Shown in pieces: positions 1-9,388 of a stretch of 12,027 nucleotides of DNA. The DNA is taken from contig NW_021826710.1 of NCBI RefSeq assembly GCF_006345805.1, positions 1 to 12,027 on the forward strand. The letters run 5' to 3'. The position numbers and the translations under genes are program-made. This DNA comes from Octopus sinensis (Eukaryota). The notes under the pieces were generated by a model. It was not told the origin of the DNA, made no database searches, and saw nothing but the letters and a program-made list of their open reading frames with translations. The stretch's first letter is position 1, and each line of letters begins with the position of its first letter.

Positions 1-420
1 TTTTTGTGGGCGTTTTTTTAAAATTTTGTTGTTGATGTTTTTCGTTATTTCTGTTGTTGCTTTCTTGTTGCTATTGTTTCTTTGTTCTTTGGTTGAATAC
101 AACCTTCCCCCATGAGAGGAATTGTGATTGAGCAACAATCCAAAAACAGAACCACACTATGGTCATTTGTAGTGCTAGAAACAGCAGTGGTTACAACGGG
201 AACTACTTATCTGACATTATGTAATATGTCTATTTTCATATATCCCAGGCCAGCATGAAGCCATGTCATGCCGTTTTTTTTCTTAATCCTAGATCGTCCG
301 TGACTGAACCAGTAATATAGTATAAAATCTCCCCGAAAATCCAACCCCTTAAACACATTTCTTTATACCACTTATCACATATCAAATAAATACATCAACT
401 AATATCCACATAAGCATCAC

Positions 421-550
421 TTTTAAGACGGTAGGCTCATTACCAGGATACTCGACTGATATTTCTAGCAGAGCAGGTAACATGATAGTTGCTCCGTTGC
501 TAGCTCGTTATGTGAGACATCATATCTGGTTGTTATTTCCTAGCATTTCC
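421..550. repeat. Old diverged interspersed repeat fragments
   Basis: A motif recurs as CTGATATTTCTAGCA (456-470) and TTGTTATTTCCTAGCA (530-545), with an inverted copy TGCTAGAAACAGCAG at 173-187. The family could not be identified with certainty. Confidence 0.35.
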
Positions 551-682
551 AACAACCATGTAGAGGTTGGCTCAAAGTCTAACTTCTACGTATATAATTG
601 CCTGTGTTCAATAACACACACTTCGATTCCACAAGGATATCATAAACGTTGCTTAATCACAGTCATTGACACACACGAGTGT

Positions 683-684
<2 letters not shown>

Positions 685-722
<38 letters not shown>
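685..722. repeat. (TA)19 microsatellite
   Basis: Perfect TA run. Confidence 0.97.
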
Positions 723-725
<3 letters not shown>

Positions 726-910
726 CCTTTTATATTAACTTTAACCACACAATTATAGCGCGCTTTATTTCCTGCTAACCAGTACAAAACGAGGCTGTTC
801 GCTCTCCTTCGTTCTTCACTTTGATCTTCTGATGGCCATATTGGTTATTGCTCGATTGACTATTAATGTAGTAATAGCATAATTAACAGCAACCGCAAAA
901 CGACCATTAG

Positions 911-990
911 TAATAATAATAACATTAACAACAGCACCACCACCACCGCCGCCAATAATAATAATAATAATAATAACAATAATAATAATA
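911..990. repeat. Compound (AAT)n/(CAC)n trinucleotide microsatellite
   Basis: TAA/AAC/CAC/AAT runs. Confidence 0.9.
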
Positions 991-1515
991 GTCCTCACTT
1001 TATTTAACCGCCGAGGGCAATTACATGAAATTCATTCATACATACAAACATGAAACGTTAAAAGGAGGGCTTACAAAGAGTTGCTGCGTAGGACGAACAT
1101 GTTATACGTTATAAGCGATGGGAGGGCAGAAAGACAATTTCCAATGGATGTGGTGAGATGTTTGGAAATCTATAAAATAAAAACCGTACAAATAATTACA
1201 TTGGGTAATTAAAACGGTAAAATAAACACACGGTTTAAATACGGTTCAAATTATTGGGTCAAGCCGCGTACATGTAGGTGAGAACCTTCCAAATAAGTCG
1301 ATCAGAGCGTATATATCATTTCTGATTGTGTTGTCTATTCACTTCCTTCGTGCAGTATTCAAAAATGATTAATCGAGGAATTTGCAAGAGCAGCCGATTG
1401 TGTAAAGTGGCCACGTTAATACCTAGGTTTTGCAATCTGTCAAATGCTAAGGAGAGCAAACCAACATCGGGGCAAACTTCTCTGATAACCAAAGCTTTTT
1501 ATGATCCTTGTAATA

Positions 1516-1932
1516 GGCGCAGGAGTGGCTGTGTGGTAAGTAGCTTGCTAACCAACCACATGGTTCCGGGTTCAGTCCCACTGCGTGGCATCTTGGGCAA
1601 GTGTCTTCTGCTATAGCCCCGGGCCTTGTGAGTGGATTTGGTAGACGGAAACTGAAAGAAGCCTGTCGTATATATGTATGTATATATATATATATATGTG
1701 TGTGTATGTGTTTGTGTGTCTGTGTTTGTCACCCTAGCATTGCTTGACAACCGATGCTGGTGTGTTTACGTCCCCGTCACTTAGTGGTTCGGCAAAACAG
1801 AATGATAGAATATATATTGGGCTTACAAAGAATAAGTTCCGGGGTCGATTTGCTCGACTAAAGGCGGTGCTCCAGCATGGCCGCAATCGAATGACTGAAA
1901 CAAGTAAAATAAAAAAAGAAAAGAAAAGAAAG
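1516..1932 (+). mobile_element. Full-length tRNA-derived SINE, family A (CORE-like, internal TA/TG microsatellite)
   Basis: GGCGCAGG head. Pol III A box TGGCTGTGTGG at 1526-1536 and B box GGTTCAGTCCC at 1569-1579. CORE-like TCTTGGGCAAGTGTCTT. Internal (TA)n(TG)n at ~1669-1725. A-rich (AAAAG)n tail at 1906-1932. Homologous copies lie on the minus strand at 6345-6777 and 7303-7452. Confidence 0.92.
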
Positions 1933-2237
1933 ATCTCATATCCCATTTCATCTATTCATCACCTGTAAGGCTTTCTGCCTTTCATATGCACCCTGCGTCA
2001 CCTCATTCGTGACTGTTGGATGGGTTGTGAATTTTAATTGTTTGGGGAAAGTGATGCGGCCTTTCTTTCTTCACGTTATGCACTTTCCCCACTGAAAATG
2101 GTTCCTTTGTGACGGAAGAAATTCTCGCAGTTAATTTTTACCTCTGGATATAAAGCACAAAGGCTTGTTGGACAACCAAGGCCTCCGAGTAATCAGCATC
2201 TCATAAGCTGGATTGGATGCGTTTAATATAAGTGAGG

Positions 2238-2357
2238 GTGTATGTCTGTGTTTGTGTGTATGCGTGTGTGAGTGTGCGTATTTGTGTATCTGAGTTTGTG
2301 TTTCTATGTGTGTGAATGTGTGCGTATGTGTTTGTGCGTGTGTGTGTGCGTGCGTGT
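2238..2357. repeat. Degenerate (TG)n microsatellite
   Basis: Interrupted GT repeats. Confidence 0.9.
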
Positions 2358-2468
2358 AAAAGATCCTTCTCCAACCAGAGGCTCAAAAGGACAATTTCCT
2401 GGTTGGCGATGCGCACATTTTCTCCATCTTGACAGAAAGCCGGTCCATGACAGGGTCTCTAATTTTTA

Positions 2469-2633
2469 CTTAGCGGTATTTCGTATGTCTTTACGTTCTG
2501 AGTTCAAATTCCGCCGAGGTTGACTTTGCCTTTCATCGATAAATTAAGTACCGGTCGCGTACTGGCGTCGAAGAATTCGACTGGCCTCCTCCACAAAATA
2601 TTCGGGGGCCGTGTGTCTAGAGCAGAAGATTAT
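2469..2633 (+). mobile_element. 5'-truncated tRNA-derived SINE, family B (Meta-domain-like)
   Basis: CTTAGCGGTATTTCG..TTCTGAGTTCAAATTCC (B box)..GAGGTTGACTTTGCCTTTCATCGATAAATTAAGTACC is the reverse complement of the units at 9001-10028. Confidence 0.88.
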
Positions 2634-2639
2634 ATATAT

Positions 2640-2682
<43 letters not shown>

Positions 2683-2820
2683 ATATATATATATGGTGCA
2701 CACATACACATATACACAGATGTACGGACCTATGTAATTTAAATCCGTGTGCGCTCGTGTGTGTGTGTGTGTGTGTGTGGTGTGTGTTTGTGTGTGTTTA
2801 TACATGAACATATATATATA
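2631..2820. repeat. Compound (TA)n/(CA)n/(TG)n microsatellite
   Basis: Directly visible; begins at the tail of the family B SINE. Confidence 0.9.
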
Positions 2821-3165
2821 GTTATATCTGTTCAGAGTCGCAGTGCTGTAAAACCGATGCGTTAAATATCGCTTTAATGTTATTCAACTTTGGTAACATC
2901 TCTTCAGCTCCGACGACTTCTGAAAGAACTTTGAAATTCATTTCGACAGAAAACGATTAGATTCCGGAGACCAGACTCTTTAGAAATCCTTGAGTCTTGT
3001 GTTTTTTCGTGTCTTCATTCATTATATTTTAACCATTCTCTTGCATAATTTCCTTCCATTTCGCTATCCTCTCATCCCATTTTTCTTACAGCCGTGTCAC
3101 TTCACTTTAAATCAAATCTGGTTATCTTGAGTTTAGTCTTTCTAAATCTACCTCAACCAAAATAA

Positions 3166-3326
3166 TCTCTCTCTATCTCTCTCTCTCATTATCTATCCAT
3201 CCATTCATCTGCCTTTCCATCCGTCCATTCATTCATTCATTCATCCATCCATCCGTCCATCTATCCACGCTTACAATCACGCTCACGCACACACACACAC
3301 GCATTCACACACATTCGCGCGCGCGC
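3166..3326. repeat. Compound (CT)n/(CATC)n/(CATT)n/(CA)n/(CG)n microsatellite
   Basis: Directly visible. Confidence 0.88.
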
Positions 3327-3432
3327 ATAAACGAACTTTTTCTTATATTTAAACCCACTATATTTCGATCGAATTATCTCCTTCCATCTGTTTGACTTTT
3401 CCTCATATCTATCTCTCGTACTCTCGTTTCCA

Positions 3433-3486
3433 TATATATGTGTACACGCATGTGTGAGGAATATATATATATATATATATATATAC
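3433..3486. repeat. (TA)n microsatellite
   Basis: Directly visible. Confidence 0.85.
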
Positions 3487-3654
3487 AGCTACATTATTTT
3501 CCCTTGTTTATGTTTTTTTTTCTATTCTGCTTACATAAATCTCTTTGTCTCTTCCACTGTCTCTCCGTCTCTCACTTCTCCTCTCCCTCTCTCTGTCGAT
3601 ACATATAAAGCATTCATACATTCATGTATGTATATATATATAAAGCGAGATACT

Positions 3655-4100
<446 letters not shown>

Positions 4101-4163
4101 CTCGTTACCTTACAACTTAAATAAACATATTCCCCTTTTCCTTTTACCTGTTTATCAGTTTCG

Positions 4164-4183
4164 CTAACCCTAACCCTAACCCT
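4164..4183 (-). repeat. Short interstitial telomere-type repeat (TTAGGG)3
   Basis: CTAACCCTAACCCTAACCCT on the plus strand. Confidence 0.7.
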
Positions 4184-4659
4184 GTTTCACACACAATATC
4201 TATCTTCCCTCTCTTATTCTTTCTCTTTCTTTCCCTCTCCCTCTCTCTCCCTCTCCTTCTTATCTATTTCTCCTTTTTCTTACTCTCACGCTGTCCTTGT
4301 ATCGTAGACATCTCTCAAACGACGATGGAAGGACAACATTCAGGGAATTTTCAACAGATTCATTTCAAACGACGTTGATATCTCCATTTGATTTTTGGGT
4401 GTTTTTAGGGACCTTATACAATCCCTTTCATCTTTCAAATTTATACGTAAAAACCCTCCCAAATTTCAAATACCGTCGCTTTTACAATTTTAACTGCAAA
4501 TATTAAAACGTTCTCTCTGACCCTTAAATACGTAATACTATATAAACAATAATACACGCAACATACAAACCCTTCCCATTTTCAAACACAGGGTGTTTTT
4601 CTTCCTTTCTACAGCCTTCAAAGCGTAGCATCAATATCGCTATGAAAGAGAACACAGAA

Positions 4660-4715
4660 ACATACATGTATATACGGTTATACATATATACAAACATGTG
4701 TGTAAAGGTATATAC

Positions 4716-4769
<54 letters not shown>

Positions 4770-4825
4770 CATATATATGTACACACACACGCACGCACAC
4801 ACACGTATATATATATATATATATA
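4660..4825. repeat. Compound (TA)n/(CA)n microsatellite
   Basis: Directly visible. Confidence 0.9.
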
Positions 4826-5144
4826 ATGTTTAAGTTATGGGAGTTTAATCTTCAATTTTATTCTAACTTCTTCCCATTCCACGTATATATTCATCTGTTT
4901 CCTTAGTTTTCTACTTAAAATGCAGGTTTCTTAGTGCAAGACACAATATAGATCTTAAGATGAAAACAGAAATTTGACATTTTTTTGTATCATTTCTTTA
5001 AAAAAAAAAGAGAAAATCTAAAAGAACTCGAATAGAATTCTGACGAAAATCTTCCTCTGATTTGCTTATGTTGCACCGACGTCAAATGATTTTTTTTTAA
5101 ATTCCTCACTTCGTTCGCTCACTCATACAAAACTCATGCTAACT

Positions 5145-5340
5145 CACATACACACACACACACACACAGGTAAATGTACAAACATATGTATACATACATA
5201 TATGTATATATATATATATATATATACATACATACATACATACATACATATTTATATACATATATATATATATATGAGTATAAGCATGTGCGTGTGTTTA
5301 CGTCTGTGAGAAAGAGATAGAGAGAGGGTATAGGTGTGTG
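5145..5340. repeat. Compound (CA)n/(TA)n/(TACA)n/(GA)n microsatellite
   Basis: Directly visible. Confidence 0.88.
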
Positions 5341-5371
5341 TTGCGCTTAATAATCGTTAGGTTTTAATGTA

Positions 5372-5585
5372 CGAAGGAGTGCTGAAAAGTTCCTGGCTTT
5401 GGGTAAAAGAAAATACAAGAGGATCTGATCATTCTGATTTTATTCAACATTTTCTCCTCTCAGATTCAGACAGTTTAGCGACCCATCAGTTTTTCGAAAC
5501 CCTGTAAAAAAAACTCGGAAGGTGGAGCCCCCAGCAAGGTCTTTTTGCAATACCCTTATAGTCAGGAGATTTTCATCATCCCTCG
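5372..5585. mobile_element. Non-autonomous Tc1/mariner-type DNA transposon (MITE), 214 bp
   Basis: Imperfect ~26-bp terminal inverted repeats: CGAAGGAGTGCTGAAAAGTTCCTGGC (5372-5397) and GTCAGGAGATTTTCATCATCCCTCG (5561-5585). Flanked by TA at 5370-5371 and 5586-5587. A CGAGGG..GAAAAGT start is typical of mariner TIRs. Confidence 0.85.
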
Positions 5586-5704
5586 TACATCTATGGAAAT
5601 CGCTCCAGTTGGATTTGGTGTAATGTAATAAACAGCCGGAATTCATCAACCTGTTATTAACTTAGGCCGTAATTACCATTTGTATTCTCTCTTTGATGGA
5701 GTTT

Positions 5705-5716
5705 TATATATGTATG

Positions 5717-5769
<53 letters not shown>

Positions 5770-5790
5770 TATGGGGGGGGTATGTATGTA
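5705..5790. repeat. (TA)n/(TATG)n microsatellite
   Basis: Directly visible. Confidence 0.92.
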
Positions 5791-5995
5791 TTTTATTACT
5801 GAAACTGAAAGCGAGAGTTTGTTCTCCGTGTCGCGCGGATACGTCACCACAATCATCACTTGAGAGAGTTCTCGCCTGACGATCGCATTGGCGTGAGACC
5901 CGATTCGGTAAACAAACTGTCAGTTTCCTGGTAAATGAAATAAATAACGTCTACTGTACATCTTGATCATTCCTTTTGCCACGCAGTATATATTG
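5791..5995 (+). mobile_element. Degenerate Penelope-like terminal fragment with hammerhead-like relic
   Basis: Follows a (TA)n run. Imperfect inverted arms at 5796-5823 and 5911-5934. CTGACGA at 5876-5882, stem CGC/GCG, GAGA in place of GAAA, CCG-ATT-CGG-TA. AATAAA at 5939-5944. Confidence 0.4.
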
Positions 5996-6100
5996 ATGCA
6001 ATAGACTATGATAATGTTAGGAAAGGTAGCAATATTGCTCTGGGGAATCTCCTCAGAATTTTATTGTTTCGTTTTATGTGCTGTTTATTTAATCTTTCAT

Positions 6101-6253
6101 ATTTTTATCTTTCCATTGCTTCCGTCCTTAGACTGCGACCATGCTTGGGCACCGCTTTAAAGAGACTTGAGATGAATAACTCGATCCCCCCGGACTTATT
6201 TCTTAGAATTGTTTAAAGATCGTTTGTGAAGTGGTGGAGGGCACAAACACAGA

Positions 6254-6255
<2 letters not shown>
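6101..6255 (-). mobile_element. 3' half of an older family A SINE (internally deleted)
   Basis: GTCCTTAGACTGCGACCATGCTTGGGCACCGC matches GTCATTAGACTGCGGCCATGCAGGGGCACCGC of the 6345-6777 copy. It continues through TCGATCCCCCCGGACTTATT and GGCACAAACACAGA into a (CA)n run. Confidence 0.75.
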
Positions 6256-6313
<58 letters not shown>

Positions 6314-6344
6314 CTCTCTCTCTCTCTCTCTCACACACACATAT
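6256..6344. repeat. (CA)n-(CT)n-(CA)n microsatellite
   Basis: Directly visible. Confidence 0.95.
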
Positions 6345-6561
6345 CTCTTTTATCCTTTACCTGTTTTAGTCATTAGACTGCGGCCATGCAGGGGCACCGC
6401 CTTGAATTTTTAGTCGAATGCATCGACCTCAGTAGTTACTTTTTAAACTAAATACTTATTCTATCGGTCTCTTGTGGTGAACGCTAGGTTACGAGGATGC
6501 AAACACACCAACACCATTTGTCAATTGGTGATGGAGAAACAAATGCAGGCGCGCGCGCGTG

Positions 6562-6599
<38 letters not shown>

Positions 6600-6777
6600 C
6601 ATAAGCATATATGCGACGGGCTTCTTTCAGTTTCCGTCTACCAAATCCACTCAGAAGGCTTTGGTCAGCCCGAAGCCATAATAAAAGACACTTGTCCAAA
6701 GTGCCATGCAATGGGACTGAACCCGGAATCACCTGGAGGGAAAGCAATCTTCTTATCACACAGCCACCTCTTCGTCT
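6345..6777 (-). mobile_element. Full-length, moderately diverged family A SINE
   Basis: The reverse complement aligns with 1516-1932 end to end (e.g. GTGGCTGTGTGATAAG, CCGGGTTCAGTCCCA, GAGTGGATTTGGTAGACGGAAACTGAAAGAAGCCCGTCG, GGCGGTGCCCCTGCATGGCCGCAGTC). Internal (GC)(CA)(TA) microsatellite at 6549-6612. Confidence 0.9.
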
Positions 6778-6797
6778 ATATATACATACATACATAC

Positions 6798-6840
<43 letters not shown>

Positions 6841-7077
6841 ATATCTAATGTATGTATGTATGTATATGTATTGTATGTATGTATGTAATGTATGTATGTA
6901 ATGTATCTATCTATCTATCTATCTATCTATATATCTATCTATATATATATATATACTATATATATATATATATATATATTTATAAATAGCATATACTATC
7001 TATTATATACTATATCATATATATATATATATATGTATTATATATATATATATATGTATATATATAATATTATATAC
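6778..7077. repeat. Compound (TACA)n/(TA)n/(TATG)n/(TATC)n microsatellite
   Basis: Directly visible. Confidence 0.95.
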
Positions 7078-7282
7078 GTAGCAGAAATATAACAAAAGAT
7101 GTCCGTTCGTCGGACAGATTTGTTAAAATTCTAGCAAAACTGTGTGACGAACGGTTACATGAAACTCTGAGTAACAGCTTTTGTTATATTTCTGCTGCTT
7201 TTAAATAAAGCATATTACTCTACTTCTGGTATTTGAGTCCTCTTTTCCCCCACCTTGTTTCAAATTTATCTCTTTAATCCGG
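7078..7282 (+). mobile_element. Penelope-like element terminal (pLTR) fragment with fold-back and hammerhead motif
   Basis: Inserted between (TA)n runs. 19-bp perfect inverted repeat at 7080-7098/7178-7196 plus an inner inverted repeat. Hammerhead-like core at 7144-7173. AATAAA at 7204-7209. The PLE assignment is inferred from this architecture. Confidence 0.65.
7135..7183 (+). ncRNA. Minimal type I hammerhead ribozyme motif (probably degenerate)
   Basis: Stem I CAAAA-CTGT (7135-7143) pairs with ACAG-C-TTTTG (7174-7183). Core GTGACGA (7144-7150, consensus CUGANGA). Short stem II ACGGTTACAT. GAAA at 7161-7164. Stem III CTC-T-GAG. Cleavage triplet GUA at 7171-7173. Confidence 0.6.
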
Positions 7283-7302
7283 TATATATATGTATATTTA
7301 TA

Positions 7303-7452
7303 TACGATGGGCTTTCAGGTTCTGACAACAGAATCCACTGGTCGTTCAATGACTATAGTAACAGGGACTTACCCAAGTGCCTCACAGTGGAACTGATCCT
7401 GGATTTATGTGGTCGGGAAGTTAGCCTCTTACCACACAACCTTGCCTGCGCC
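7303..7452 (-). mobile_element. 5' half of an older family A SINE
   Basis: TACGATGGGCTTTCAGG..AATCCACT..ACTTACCCAAGTGCC..CAGTGGAACTGA..CTTACCACACAACC..CCTGCGCC is a diverged reverse complement of 1516-1670. Confidence 0.8.
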
Positions 7453-8115
7453 TGTTTATACACTAGGGTTTTCTTGTGGGTGGAACATATTTGGTAAAAT
7501 TTATCGAGCTTTACAAGGTTGTGTTTTATTTGGGGGTTTTTTTTTTTTTTGAAGTAAAGAAAATTTCAATTGAAAGAATTATGAAAAATATCTTAATGGG
7601 TATTCGAGTTGATAAATCGGAAGAAAATGATAAATTATACTAAATTGGAAATAAATGTTTTCAATCAAAATGAAAAGTCTTCGGAAAAAAATAAAAATAA
7701 AAAATAAAAGAAGTAAACAATGGTAGACTAGAGAGGAATAATCGAAGACGAATAAGAAGAAAAATAAAATTTAAAAATAAAAAAAATAACAATAAGACAA
7801 ACACAAGAGGAGAAAGAGAAACAATAGGGTGAAAGTAAGAAGATGAATAGGAAAAAATGTAGAGGTTAAGAGGTAAAAAAACAAGACGAATTTAGGTTAT
7901 CGGTTACAGTCTGACGTAGCAAACATTGAATTATATAGACTGTAGTCATTTTTGAGGCAACTTTCTTTTTGCTTTCTATTCTAAAGAAATGTGTTCTCTT
8001 AAAGACTGATTGAACATCTATCAATCATTTTCTTAGATCCACACTTCACTGAATTCTGCTAAATGGCTAAAATATACTCTATGAGAACGACGGCTATAAA
8101 TTAATTCAAAGTGCA

Positions 8116-8344
8116 ATACATACGTATGTGCATGCATACATACACACATAAATACATACATACACAGACATATATTTATACATATATATACACACACACA
8201 TATATATGTATACTTATATACATATGCTTATATATGTGTATGTGTGTGCCTGTATGTATATATATATATGCATATATATATATACATATATACACACACA
8301 CACATATAAATATGTATATACATATATATGCGTATATATATCTG

Positions 8345-8389
<45 letters not shown>

Positions 8390-8585
8390 CACACACACAT
8401 TTTAAATATATACATATATATATATAATATTTGGGCGTGTATATATATATATATATATATATATACCCAGGCACACGCATACACATACATACTTTTGAAC
8501 ATATATATGTGTGCGTGTGTGCATGTATGTACGTATGCATATATGTATGTATGCGTGTGTGCATGTATGTATGTATGTACGTATG

Positions 8586-8616
<31 letters not shown>

Positions 8617-8646
8617 GAGGAAAGTGTTCATGGATATGTGTATGTA
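8116..8646. repeat. ~530-bp compound (TA)/(CA)/(TG)/(TATG) microsatellite field
   Basis: Directly visible; source of several spurious YIYI ORFs. Confidence 0.95.
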
Positions 8647-8727
8647 TTTTGCAGTACATACCTCCATAGAGGGAGTGAGGTAAGGATAAGGGTTAGGAAA
8701 ATAGGAGGGTAGCATGAATTTGTGGTC

Positions 8728-8776
8728 AGTAGTAGTAGTGGTGGTAGTATGAGAAGGAGTCGTAGTAGCAGCAACT

Positions 8777-8833
<57 letters not shown>

Positions 8834-8858
8834 TTTGTGGTGGTGGTAGTAGTAGTAT
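8728..8858. repeat. (TAG)n trinucleotide microsatellite with GTG/CAG variants
   Basis: Perfect TAG run at ~8778-8832. Confidence 0.95.
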
Positions 8859-9000
8859 TCCCATTGTCTCGTATTATGACGCTAGTCTTAGGTGCTAGCC
8901 AAATGGATCGAACTCATTCCAAAGATTCCCTCGAAACCATTTGACTACGCATATACAAGAGAAAAAAAAGAAACCAGTGAGAGAAGCGGAGGCGGAGAAT

Positions 9001-9200
9001 TAATTGGTTTCACATTTTGGCACAAGGCCAACAAATTTGAGGGAGAGGTAAGTCGATTACATCGACCCCGGTGTTCAACTGGTACTTAATTTATCAACGC
9101 CGAAAGGACGAAATGCAAAGACGACCTCAGCAGAATTTGAACTCAGAACGTAAAGAATGGACGAAATACCACTAAGCATTTTCTGGTCGCTCTGCGATTC
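9001..9200 (-). mobile_element. Family B SINE, array unit 1 (tail type 1, 5'-truncated)
   Basis: Plus strand reads TGGCACAAGGCC tail, AAGTCGATTACATCGACCCC, CTGGTACTTAATTTATC, GAATTTGAACTCAGAACG (B box complement) and GACGAAATACCACTAAGCATT. Confidence 0.85.
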
Positions 9201-9388
9201 TTGGCATAAGGCCTGAAGATTGGGGTGGGCGGCGGACGTCGTTGTGATCGACCACTGTACCCAGCTGGTACTTAATTTACCGATCTCGAAAGGATGAATG
9301 GCAGGGTCCACCTCGAAGGAATTTGAGTTCTGAACATAAAGATAGAGGAAATACCGCTAAGCATTTCGCATAGCATGCTAACGTTTCT
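9201..9388 (-). mobile_element. Family B SINE, array unit 2 (tail type 1, 5'-truncated within the A box)
   Basis: TGGCATAAGGCC tail, CTGGTACTTAATTTACCGA, GGAATTTGAGTTCTGAAC and GAAATACCGCTAAGCATTTCG..GCTAACGTTTC. Confidence 0.85.

Noticed and set aside
998-1515. Possible decayed LINE fragment or exon in complex sequence
   Set aside because: The minus-strand frames I translated, and the supplied ORF, show no RT or endonuclease motifs. It cannot be supported without a homology search.
4297-4506. 69-aa ORF after a polypyrimidine tract (possible exon); TCAAACGACG occurs twice
   Set aside because: No recognisable protein similarity and no convincing splice donor.
5040-5070. CTGACGA followed by a stem AAATC/GATTT (hammerhead-like start)
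   Set aside because: No GAAA, stem III or stem I follows.
6474-6901. ORFs with similar peptides to those at 1326-1968 (e.g. PGSVPLxGxLxKCLLL)
   Set aside because: The similarity comes from shared SINE family A sequence, not from a protein family.
8675-8698. Degenerate TTAGGG-like hexamers (GTGAGG TAAGGA TAAGGG TTAGGA)
   Set aside because: Too degenerate to distinguish from the purine-rich background.
8111-8715. YIYI/HTHT-rich ORFs up to 190 aa
   Set aside because: Dinucleotide microsatellites lack stop codons, so these are artefacts.
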